The notes under the pieces were generated by a model. It had not been told where the DNA came from. It worked only from the letters and a program-made list of their open reading frames with translations, and searched no databases. A DNA stretch of 36,008 nucleotides from a virus. The position numbers and the translations under genes were made by a program. The stretch lies in IMG/VR virus record IMGVR_UViG_3300014059_000003. One strand, given 5' to 3'. Below are positions 25,026-31,974 of this stretch, piece after piece; the first letter of the stretch is position 1, and the number at the start of each line of letters is the position of its first letter.

Positions 25026-27761
25026 CTAACCTTCCTCATGTACTATCGTTTCTATGTCTCCGTTTTTGTCGCGCTTAACCCGGCTAATTCGCTTCTTCGG
25101 TTTCTCCGATGTTTTTATAATTTCTGCTGACGTTTCAAGAGGTGTATCTAGTTCTTTCTTTTTTAGAGCTACATCTAGTAATTTCTCTAACGATTCTATT
25201 TTAGAATTGCCTAACTGTGCCTGGTGTTCTGCTTGTAACCTTGCCTCAGTTGCCCATTTCTCTTGCTCATCTAGCTTTTTAAATTGCGCTTCTAGTTGGT
25301 GCTGTGCTGTTGCTAGTTTCTCCTCGAATACTACTACGCGGGCTTCGATCATTTGGTCAAACTGATCAACTTCTTTCTTATCTGCAATCTTTCGTAGCTC
25401 TACCATTAACTCGTCTCGCTTCAAGCTGATCTCTTCTTGAGCTAGCGATATATCAGCGCTTATCTTTTGGTATTCTGCCTCTAGTTTTGCCCTAGATGCT
25501 TCTGCCTCTGTGGCTATTTTCATCTGTTCGATCTGAGAATCTACGGTAACTTTATACTGTTGAATTTGTGTCTCTATTGCCGCAAGCCGATCTGTTTGGG
25601 CTAGTTTTGCGCCCTCTAGTTGCGACTTCATATCCATTTCTAGCTGCACAAGCCTGTCTGATGTCATCGCCTTGGCTTCTTCAAACTCTTGCTTTCTCAT
25701 TTCAAGCTGTAACCGTCCCCCTTCGATCTTTATCTTCTCCATTTCTGGGTTTGGTTCTTCGGGCTTAGGCTGGCTTACCTTATCAATAGTTTTCTGAATT
25801 GCATCCGTTATCTCATCAACGAATAGCTTTCCATCGGTCAGCTCTGCAATTACGTGCTTCATTATTCTAAGTTCAGCATCTGCTAGTTCAGGCATATCAA
25901 CTGCCGTCTTGGCTGTACTCTCCATCATCTTAGTAATGGCATTAGCTGTTTCAATGGCCTGAGTCTTTTTCCATTCCTGGTTTATTGAGATTGTGGAGTC
26001 TGTTTCAAAATCTATGTGGAAGCGCCCGCGCCTATTATCTTTAAGAAGTGCCAAGGCAGGTACGTAGCGGTCTTTATCTTCAGGATCTAATGTCTGCGGT
26101 ACGATGTAATCATCTATCGTTTGGTCAGAGAACATCTTTAGGCCAAGTTCCATGCCTAGCTGATAGTTGTCTTTGATCCATTCCTGCACTTTCCTCTGGT
26201 AGGGCTCCATGCGGTTCATGGCAAACTTCCCTTCTAGCTGCAAGCCTCTGTAAGTCTCGTTTGATGCTTGGTTAGAAACTTGACCACGTAGCAGGTCAGA
26301 GAATCCGGTGATGTTATAAAACATGTTAAGGCGCTGCTCGAAAGCGGCATACATGCTTTGTAGCCCTTTCATAAGCTCATCTACTGGAAAGTAAGCTACA
26401 AGATTTGAAAGATCGCCTCTGTTATTCATCAAAGATTGCTGAAGGTTTGGAACACCCATTCCTGTTCCTTCACCTTGTGCCCAATTCTCGCCGATTAACG
26501 GCGCCAAAGCTTTGACTGAGCTATCAAAGAGGAAGCGGATACGAACAGCTCTGGTAAGCTGCAACATTCTAGTAACGATTGAGCTGATATCGTCTAGGAT
26601 ATCCTGTACTTGAAAAAACTCAGGGGTTGGCCAGAAACTACGAGTTGATTGATTGATTATTAGTGGCTCTGTGCATGGGAAGAATCCAGAGAGTCCATAC
26701 AAGTCAGAGTTGTCAAGGCCATCAGTAGGCTTTCCCTGCTCTTGTAACATCTGATAATTGATATCTTCCATGTCCGATGGCTGAAAGAAATCTTCTGACG
26801 CATCAGCGAACCAACGAACTTCTTTTAAAACAGAATCATGGTACTCATATACGATGATGGGCTTCTTGCCTGATTTGTAATCATGAATGTCTGTTTGGGT
26901 AAGCTTATCTAGTGCTTTCTGGCCGAACTTTTCCTTAAACTCTCTGTAATTGTATGTATATTCAAATGCTAGTCGCGTTACTTTATTCCACTTGGTTACA
27001 TCTGGATCGACTATTAGGTTAGGATACAGTCCTGCCTCGAAATATACCTCTTCATTGTCTACTGAAACCATCTGGCCGGTTGAAAAGTACGGACCTAAAT
27101 CATCTTCTTGTACTTGCTCTTGTGGTATCTCCTGCCCATCCGGCGTTAAGAATATAGGAGGCATCTGCATTGGTGGTGCTTGATCCGGCATTGGCTGACC
27201 ATCTGGCCCCATTTCAGGAGGTGGCGGCTGTTGCTCTATGACTTGGAGGCGGATCTTTTCTTCTTCTTGAACGGTTTCTGATCTGTAAAACCATCTGCCC
27301 CAACCAAAGTTTGTGACGAGAAAGTCGTCATTTGACGCGCTAAATTCAGAAAAAGCCTCGAATGTTTTAAGGATTCCCTTAACAAATCTTTCGCCTAAGA
27401 TACAGGCTGTTCGACCAAACGGATCATCACCTTGGGTATCTTTAAGAACGGGTATGGCAAGGCGTGCCAGTGTGATAGGTTGTCTGATTTTCCAGCAGGA
27501 CCACCAAAGCGGAAATTTAGTCCATCGTTTGGCTCGGTCTAGTTCGTTCCCGCCGTAAAGCTTCCCTAGCTTGTTGCGCTTTTCTATCTCATTCCAAGAT
27601 CGATCAGCTATTAACTTGTAATCTTCCTGCTTTCTCTTGCCGTCAACTATGAACTGCTTTGCATCGGCAATGGTGAATGTATCGCCGTCCAGCACCTGCT
27701 TATCAAGAGCAGTGCTTGGCGCGATATCAGAGTCGCCTAATTCTTTCTTTTTTTTAGCCAA
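25026..27761 (-). CDS. Portal protein with roughly 250-residue C-terminal coiled-coil extension
   Basis: 911 aa immediately downstream of the large terminase gene and overlapping it by 8 nt. The size and acidic core are typical. The C-terminal third is E/K/Q/L heptad-rich. Confidence 0.7.
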   Translation of the reverse strand: MAKKKKELGDSDIAPSTALDKQVLDGDTFTIADAKQFIVDGKRKQEDYKLIADRSWNEIEKRNKLGKLYGGNELDRAKRWTKFPLWWSCWKIRQPITLARLAIPVLKDTQGDDPFGRTACILGERFVKGILKTFEAFSEFSASNDDFLVTNFGWGRWFYRSETVQEEEKIRLQVIEQQPPPPEMGPDGQPMPDQAPPMQMPPIFLTPDGQEIPQEQVQEDDLGPYFSTGQMVSVDNEEVYFEAGLYPNLIVDPDVTKWNKVTRLAFEYTYNYREFKEKFGQKALDKLTQTDIHDYKSGKKPIIVYEYHDSVLKEVRWFADASEDFFQPSDMEDINYQMLQEQGKPTDGLDNSDLYGLSGFFPCTEPLIINQSTRSFWPTPEFFQVQDILDDISSIVTRMLQLTRAVRIRFLFDSSVKALAPLIGENWAQGEGTGMGVPNLQQSLMNNRGDLSNLVAYFPVDELMKGLQSMYAAFEQRLNMFYNITGFSDLLRGQVSNQASNETYRGLQLEGKFAMNRMEPYQRKVQEWIKDNYQLGMELGLKMFSDQTIDDYIVPQTLDPEDKDRYVPALALLKDNRRGRFHIDFETDSTISINQEWKKTQAIETANAITKMMESTAKTAVDMPELADAELRIMKHVIAELTDGKLFVDEITDAIQKTIDKVSQPKPEEPNPEMEKIKIEGGRLQLEMRKQEFEEAKAMTSDRLVQLEMDMKSQLEGAKLAQTDRLAAIETQIQQYKVTVDSQIEQMKIATEAEASRAKLEAEYQKISADISLAQEEISLKRDELMVELRKIADKKEVDQFDQMIEARVVVFEEKLATAQHQLEAQFKKLDEQEKWATEARLQAEHQAQLGNSKIESLEKLLDVALKKKELDTPLETSAEIIKTSEKPKKRISRVKRDKNGDIETIVHEEG

Positions 27762-29268
27762 TGTCGAGTCCTGGTAAGATATCCTTTAATGACGGTTTTA
27801 GGGTCCTTCTGTCAACCATTGCTCGTTTAACGTCGTTATCTAGATCCCTCGGTGCGTCATGCACAATCTTATGGGCCATAGCCGCAAGCCTCACACAGTC
27901 ACAAATATGAGTAGCTTCCCCGTTTTCTTGCGCGTCCCACATCTTACCCTCATCAGGGTTTCTTTCGATCATGGGGATATAATCTTGACAGTATTTGCAG
28001 GACTCGAAAAACACCATCATGGGCCAGCGTTCTTCAGATCCAGCGATTAGCTTTTCTCCTGTAAGCTTTGAGCCCATTTGAGCCCATCCGTTTTTACGAT
28101 CCGTATCACCAAGGGTTAGCTTAATTCCCGCATCTTCAAACTCTTTTGCTATCGTGCGCCCACCTAAGTTATTGAACGGAAATTTATCAGTAAAGGTTGG
28201 TTGTGAATCAAAGCGTTCCTCTGTTCTATCTATGATCCCATTTGCCATATCAATATTAGACCAATCTTTAGGCGCTAGATTAGTTACAAGCTTGTCTCTA
28301 TCGTTTGTGGGATGTTCTGCTTTGCAGCCGTACCACTCGCGGTAACAAACTAAGCAGCCACGCGGTAGGTATGTGTTGCCAATTTCTACACCTGGAGAGA
28401 CTGCCCACCAAAGGCAGGCCCACGGTTCATATGACCCATAATCGAAGGTCCTAAACCGAAGCCAGAAATCAGGGATAACGAAGTCCTTGATCACGTGTTT
28501 GTCACTCTCCCACATCTCGAAGTAGTTGCCGGTTTGTGCGTCCCAACCATCCTCAGATAGTAGCGCCTTGGCAGTTGCAGCATCTGTTGCCTCTGTTACT
28601 CGCTCAATAGTTGCGTCTATATCCTCTGAAGGATTATCCCTAACGTTAGCGGGGATATATTGCTGTAAAAATGCGCCTACTTTTTCTATCTGATACTTAG
28701 GCCTAGATCGCACAAAGGTACGCCGAAAATATCCTTTAGATGGCCCCATTCGATTCATCAAGTATATGATCTTAGGGAATAAATGACGCCATTCTACGGG
28801 TATATTCTCCTTAGCGTCGTTGCTCATAGTCATCCAGACCTTAAGCCACTTAAGCCGCCTCTCTGGTATTTGCCCGGCCTCGTCTATAACCCGCACATGT
28901 TTGGGAATACCCTGTACTTTAGTTAGTGCCGCGTCGGTCCAGCAGTGTTCTAGTGATATTAATGAGCCATTCCAGAATCTAATTTCTGTCTGATTATGGG
29001 TAACTTTTTTGTCTTTTATCCATTGCCTTAATAACACCGGAAATCCGAAATCAGACTCCATGTACCCCGCTTTTACGTCATCTTCTCGTAAACGCCATAT
29101 ATCGCATTGTAGGCCTGGAATAAGAGCGCACCAACGAATAAGGGCTAGCTTAACACCTGCTGATTTTCCTCCGCGTGTATCACCTGCCCAGAGTATTTCT
29201 GTAGCTTGTGAATCAAAGAATAGCTGTTGTTTAGGGTGAAAGTCCGGGATCTGTAGGATTGAACCCAT
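27754..29268 (-). CDS. terL: Terminase large subunit
   Basis: 504 aa with Walker A GDTRGGKS, Walker B VRVIDEAG and the nuclease-domain motif FDYGSYEPWACLWWA. It sits between the small-terminase-like and portal genes. Confidence 0.9.
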   Translation of the reverse strand: MGSILQIPDFHPKQQLFFDSQATEILWAGDTRGGKSAGVKLALIRWCALIPGLQCDIWRLREDDVKAGYMESDFGFPVLLRQWIKDKKVTHNQTEIRFWNGSLISLEHCWTDAALTKVQGIPKHVRVIDEAGQIPERRLKWLKVWMTMSNDAKENIPVEWRHLFPKIIYLMNRMGPSKGYFRRTFVRSRPKYQIEKVGAFLQQYIPANVRDNPSEDIDATIERVTEATDAATAKALLSEDGWDAQTGNYFEMWESDKHVIKDFVIPDFWLRFRTFDYGSYEPWACLWWAVSPGVEIGNTYLPRGCLVCYREWYGCKAEHPTNDRDKLVTNLAPKDWSNIDMANGIIDRTEERFDSQPTFTDKFPFNNLGGRTIAKEFEDAGIKLTLGDTDRKNGWAQMGSKLTGEKLIAGSEERWPMMVFFESCKYCQDYIPMIERNPDEGKMWDAQENGEATHICDCVRLAAMAHKIVHDAPRDLDNDVKRAMVDRRTLKPSLKDILPGLDIG

Positions 29269-29543
29269 TACGTTTTATGTGGATCGCGTGATACAATCTG
29301 TAGGATTGCAGGGCCGCCGTCAGGATCGGCGCTTAATTCAATAGCCTCTTTAGCCTTTCCATAAGCATACTCAACTATCCACGTATTAGCTTTAAGCCTG
29401 ATAGAATCATCTTCCGAGAACTCTGCTATATGCGTTATACGCTGATAGCTTGCAGGGGTAGCAGCCTTACATAGCTTTTTAAGTTCATTATCTTTGTGGG
29501 GACGCCCTGAAGGGTTGCCAGATTGTCCCTTAACGAATGTCAC
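29268..29543 (-). CDS. Putative terminase small subunit
   Basis: 91 aa with a GTG start. The N-terminal KGQSGNPSGRP matches the GxSGNPxGRP motif seen in small terminase or DUF5681-type phage proteins (from memory). It is directly upstream of terL. Confidence 0.5.
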   Translation of the reverse strand: MTFVKGQSGNPSGRPHKDNELKKLCKAATPASYQRITHIAEFSEDDSIRLKANTWIVEYAYGKAKEAIELSADPDGGPAILQIVSRDPHKT

Positions 29544-29585
29544 GTTGTTTATATCTTGTTTAGCAAGCGTCCCACCATGGGACAG

Positions 29586-29906
29586 CTAATACCCTATTAT
29601 CTCAAACTTTCCCTTATCTTGTCCAGTAGATGGATCGAGTCCTGCAAAACCAGAGCTATCCTGGATAATGTGTTGCCTTAAAGCATCGTTGCGTAGCTGT
29701 AAGTTCTCGGTAGCCTCTAGTTGATATTGTAAAATCACCTGCCGATCTAAGTTATTTAAAGGCTGTATAGGCACTACGGCAACCTGTGGCTGTACGTATA
29801 CCTGTTGAGGGTAAAGATTAGGAGCGGGCCAACTTGGGGGCATCCTGTAATCTTGGGCTATTGCAATTGTAGGTAGAGATAATAGGGCTAGTAATAGTTT
29901 GTTCAT
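29586..29906 (-). CDS. Exported protein, first gene of the late block
   Basis: 106 aa with SD AAGAGGA. MNKLLLALLSLPTIAIA-QDY is a signal-peptide-like N-terminus. The mature part is Pro/Gln/Val-rich. Confidence 0.6.
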   Translation of the reverse strand: MNKLLLALLSLPTIAIAQDYRMPPSWPAPNLYPQQVYVQPQVAVVPIQPLNNLDRQVILQYQLEATENLQLRNDALRQHIIQDSSGFAGLDPSTGQDKGKFEIIGY

Positions 29907-29935
29907 ATATCCTCTTAGTAAATAGTTGCTCGTGA

Positions 29936-29965
29936 ATTATGCGCCTTTTCTACTGCGTAAATCAA
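29936..29965 (-). promoter_or_regulatory. Candidate sigma70-like late promoter
   Basis: On the minus strand: TTGATT (29965..29960), an 18-nt spacer, then CATAAT (29941..29936). It lies about 30 nt upstream of the first late ATG and just downstream of the hairpin terminator. Confidence 0.3.
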
Positions 29966-30029
29966 GATAAAAAAGTGATCTGGTAATTAAAATAAAAAAT
30001 CTAATTACCGGATCATTTTGTTTGTTTTG
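29961..30029. terminator. Strong bidirectional intrinsic terminator upstream of the late operon
   Basis: TGATCTGGTAATTA (29976..29989) pairs with TAATTACCGGATCA (30002..30015), 14 bp with one G-U/C-A position and a 12-nt loop. TTTTGTTTGTTTTG follows on the + strand and CTTTTTTATCTTG follows on the - strand. Confidence 0.65.
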
Positions 30030-30037
30030 ATTATAAT
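30030..30037. promoter_or_regulatory. Palindromic ATTATAAT (perfect TATAAT -10 hexamer on both strands)
   Basis: ATTATAAT is its own reverse complement. On the minus strand the TATAAT lies about 15 nt upstream of the hairpin terminator. No good -35 is present on either strand. Confidence 0.25.
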
Positions 30038-30151
30038 GAGAACAAGCTTTTTTATTGGTGCAATCTACTAGCACCGCACCACTTAAACTGTAATTAAATA
30101 TCTGTTTGCTCCCACGTATATTTAAACCCTAATGATTTCAATAAGATAAAA

Positions 30152-30205
30152 TGTAGCATGTGCTACAATTTGTAGCATGTGCTACAATTTGTAGCATTGC
30201 CTACA
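30152..30205. promoter_or_regulatory. Three tandem operator-like palindromes (TGTAGCA-NN-TGCTACA) at 19-bp spacing
   Basis: 30152..30167 and 30171..30186 are identical (tgtagcatgtgctaca, plus aatt). 30190..30205 is degenerate (tgtagcattgcctaca). They overlap a possible + strand promoter, TTGTAG (30189..30194)-15-TAAAAT (30210..30215). Confidence 0.55.
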
Positions 30206-30227
30206 TCTATAAAATAATGTGATAGAC

Positions 30228-30413
30228 TGGGGACTGGACGGTTGGTTGAAATGTTTCAATCACAGGATTTAAGAGCTTGAGGCAGCGGCGCTCAAGGGGG
30301 CGTTTTGGAAGCCCCACCGCGCCGCCTCGGTAGAGAAAATGCATAGCTAGAGCATAGCGGCTCTAGGGGGGTCTTTGTCTGAACCCGGATCGGAACGTAG
30401 CTAAACCCCCTAG
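30228..30413 (+). ncRNA. Candidate structured GC-rich RNA leader or ncRNA (alternatively a cos/pac-type DNA site)
   Basis: Nested stems: 30279..30291 with 30319..30328, enclosing 30297..30315. There is also a hairpin at 30347..30366, a competing pairing of 30363..30370 with 30406..30413, and a palindrome at 30245..30258. No ORF lies here and the surroundings are AT-rich. Confidence 0.3.
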
Positions 30414-30493
30414 TCAGATCAATAAATATCCGTATAGTCAAAGTGTGAATACCGATGGGAGAACGATAAACCTAACCCGCCTAGGAGAATCTG

Positions 30494-30763
30494 GTGAATA
30501 CTTATTTTTATGATGAGGGTACGGGGGACGGTGCTGTGCTACCTGATAGGCCTATAAATCTTGCAGAATTAAGGCTACAAATTAAAACCGTACTAGATGC
30601 ATATATCTCACCACGTCAAAAAATCGCTACTGATAAAATAGCTGAAGAGCTCGAAATCTTAATGCTTCAATGCCACTTAGGGATCGAGGTTGACAAGCAA
30701 TTCCCACCTATCAAGCTTTATGATCCGGGACATGGACCAGGCCACGGGGATTATGGCGAATGA
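30494..30763 (+). CDS. Hypothetical acidic protein (opposite-strand cassette, gene 1)
   Basis: 89 aa with a GTG start 6 nt after AGGAG (30483..30487). The C-terminus is PGHGPGHGDYGE. Confidence 0.65.
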   Translation: MNTYFYDEGTGDGAVLPDRPINLAELRLQIKTVLDAYISPRQKIATDKIAEELEILMLQCHLGIEVDKQFPPIKLYDPGHGPGHGDYGE

Positions 30764-30876
30764 ATATTAAGTTGTTTATTTTAGTAAGCTTGATTAGCTG
30801 CTTTTGTTTTATGTTGGCTACTGCCTGGCATGAGATCTGCAAGGGGTGTTTTTACTTTATTTTTGGCCCAAATTAA
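30760..30876 (+). CDS. Small lipoprotein or membrane peptide, 38 aa (cassette gene 2)
   Basis: My own translation is MNIKLFILVSLISCFCFMLATAWHEICKGCFYFIFGPN. It is ATGA-coupled to gene 1 and has a lipobox-like LISC. It overlaps the convergent ORF 30857..31336 by 20 nt. Confidence 0.4.
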   Translation: MNIKLFILVSLISCFCFMLATAWHEICKGCFYFIFGPN

Positions 30877-31336
30877 GCTTGTGTATAGCTTGAAGCTCTA
30901 ATAGTTCCTGCTCTTTTGCCCTTATTCTTTGTTCGCGTCGTAACTGCCTAATTTTCTGCTTTTCTTCTTCGCTAGCCTCTTCTCTGATAACTAGCCTGTA
31001 TTCTGGAGGAGGCAATAACAGGAGCTTTTTAAGGTTATCTATCTTTTCCTTGACCCCTGCATACTTAAAGATAAGAGAGGGATCGAGATCTAAATATGCA
31101 CAGATTTGGATATATGAAAATTTATCCTCCGGGTCGGTGTGTCGGCATTCAAAAAAGTAGATCGCGTTATTTATGATAAACCGATTCTCCCATATCCTTA
31201 ACGTGACGGGCTCTTGAATATCTAATAAAGAGCGCGCGAGAACAGCAGCGCACAATCTTCTGTGTGGGTCTAGTCTGGTAGAGTAATCGCCTAACGGGCT
31301 GTCCTGGTCGATCTGGAAAGGGTTAATATGCAACAT
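30857..31336 (-). CDS. Hypothetical protein in the position of a lambdoid late regulator (Q position)
   Basis: 159 aa, the last gene of the leftward early block, directly after the RusA-like gene and before the late-operon control region. It has no CxxC zinc finger. The regulatory role is positional speculation only. Confidence 0.5.
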   Translation of the reverse strand: MLHINPFQIDQDSPLGDYSTRLDPHRRLCAAVLARSLLDIQEPVTLRIWENRFIINNAIYFFECRHTDPEDKFSYIQICAYLDLDPSLIFKYAGVKEKIDNLKKLLLLPPPEYRLVIREEASEEEKQKIRQLRREQRIRAKEQELLELQAIHKLNLGQK

Positions 31337-31739
31337 AGGGGTAGCTCCTCCTGCGGCTTATTATGATGGTTGTGGTGTCCTGGTCGATTCGGCTAAAATC
31401 ATATTCTGATTTCTTGTAGGCGAAACACTCAGCCTGAGAATCATCATCAAACAATCCGCATTTACATAATAAATCGGCTAGCAGTTTATTGACGTTGTGT
31501 GAGTCCCACCGGCCAGGCTTTTGAGCTAGCCCAATCGACACAGTGACGAGATTCTTACCGAAGGATGGGAGAAGCAAGCCCAGCTTAACACACGCCATTG
31601 TGAAGCGGTATGTGAACTCATGGTTGTATAGCTTAACATCGCTCGAATTAATGAGCCGAGCGCCCGTTTTAGTTCTAATTGGAATAAGTGAATTACCTTT
31701 AGACGGTATCGAGGCAATCGGTCCCTTTAGGTATATCAC
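31323..31739 (-). CDS. rusA: RusA-like Holliday junction resolvase
   Basis: IASIPSKGNS and GRWDSHNVNKLLADLLCKCGLFDDDSQ align with E. coli RusA PPSNNRY and [27 protein letters not shown]; the second Asp of DLDN is His here. I prefer the GTG start at 31739 because the track TTG start (31883) would place a terminator hairpin inside the ORF. Confidence 0.55.
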   Translation of the reverse strand: MIYLKGPIASIPSKGNSLIPIRTKTGARLINSSDVKLYNHEFTYRFTMACVKLGLLLPSFGKNLVTVSIGLAQKPGRWDSHNVNKLLADLLCKCGLFDDDSQAECFAYKKSEYDFSRIDQDTTTIIISRRRSYPYVAY

Positions 31740-31821
31740 AACCTCTTTCGGGTCTGTCGGGTCGCCTTCGATTGTGACGTTTAGAGAGGAATCCAGAGTA
31801 GATCCTTTAAGACTTTGAAGA

Positions 31822-31859
31822 AAAACTAGAGGGCCAAGGCTAGAACTTCCGAGACCCTC
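31822..31859 (-). terminator. Intrinsic terminator inside the leftward early block (before rusA)
   Basis: GAGGGCC (31829..31835) pairs with GACCCTC (31853..31859), giving a G-U pair only on the minus-strand RNA. It is followed on the minus strand by TAGTTTTT. The 21-nt flank is identical to 6478..6498. Confidence 0.55.
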
Positions 31860-31974
31860 GGGAAGAACTAGCAAGCTAATCAAACAATCGTACTTTCCAT
31901 ACAGAAGCTCGCGGAGAAAACCTAAGCTCTAAATATGCGCCTAGTCTGCGATATGATCAAGATCATTCTTATGT

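Noticed and set aside
8547-29268. Numerous 60-140-aa ORFs antisense to, or in alternative frames of, the large structural genes. Examples are 9637..10053, 7220..7618, 14547..14807, 19477..19764, 25054..25365 and 27313..27558.
   Set aside because: They lie wholly inside long ORFs with clear protein-like sequence. They lack SD sequences and start-stop coupling, and their composition (Ser/Leu/Cys/Phe-rich) is typical of non-coding frames.
30152-30205. Tandem 19-nt repeats considered as a mini CRISPR array.
   Set aside because: The units abut with no spacers, there are only 2.8 copies, each unit is itself a palindrome typical of an operator, and no cas genes are present.
30297-30328. tRNA or tmRNA 3' fragment (T-arm-like GGGGC-loop-GCCCC followed by ACC), which could mark an attP site.
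   Set aside because: The loop is 9 nt and lacks the TTCGAAT/TTCAAAT T-loop. No acceptor-stem partner or CCA context is present, and the genome has no integrase.
30224-30330. Resemblance of GACTGGACGG...CCGCCTCGG to the ZTP (pfl) riboswitch elements ACUGGC...CCGCCUGGG.
   Set aside because: The conserved GGGGA.CGACC core and the pseudoknot geometry are missing. The similarity rests on two short GC-rich strings only.
31543-31883. The N-terminal extension of the RusA-like ORF to the TTG at 31883, and the overlapping ORFs 31543..31818 (+) and 31526..31717 (-).
   Set aside because: The extension would contain the conserved 21-nt terminator module and has no RusA counterpart. The GTG at 31739 reproduces the RusA N-terminal spacing. 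The other two ORFs are frame shadows of the rusA-like gene.
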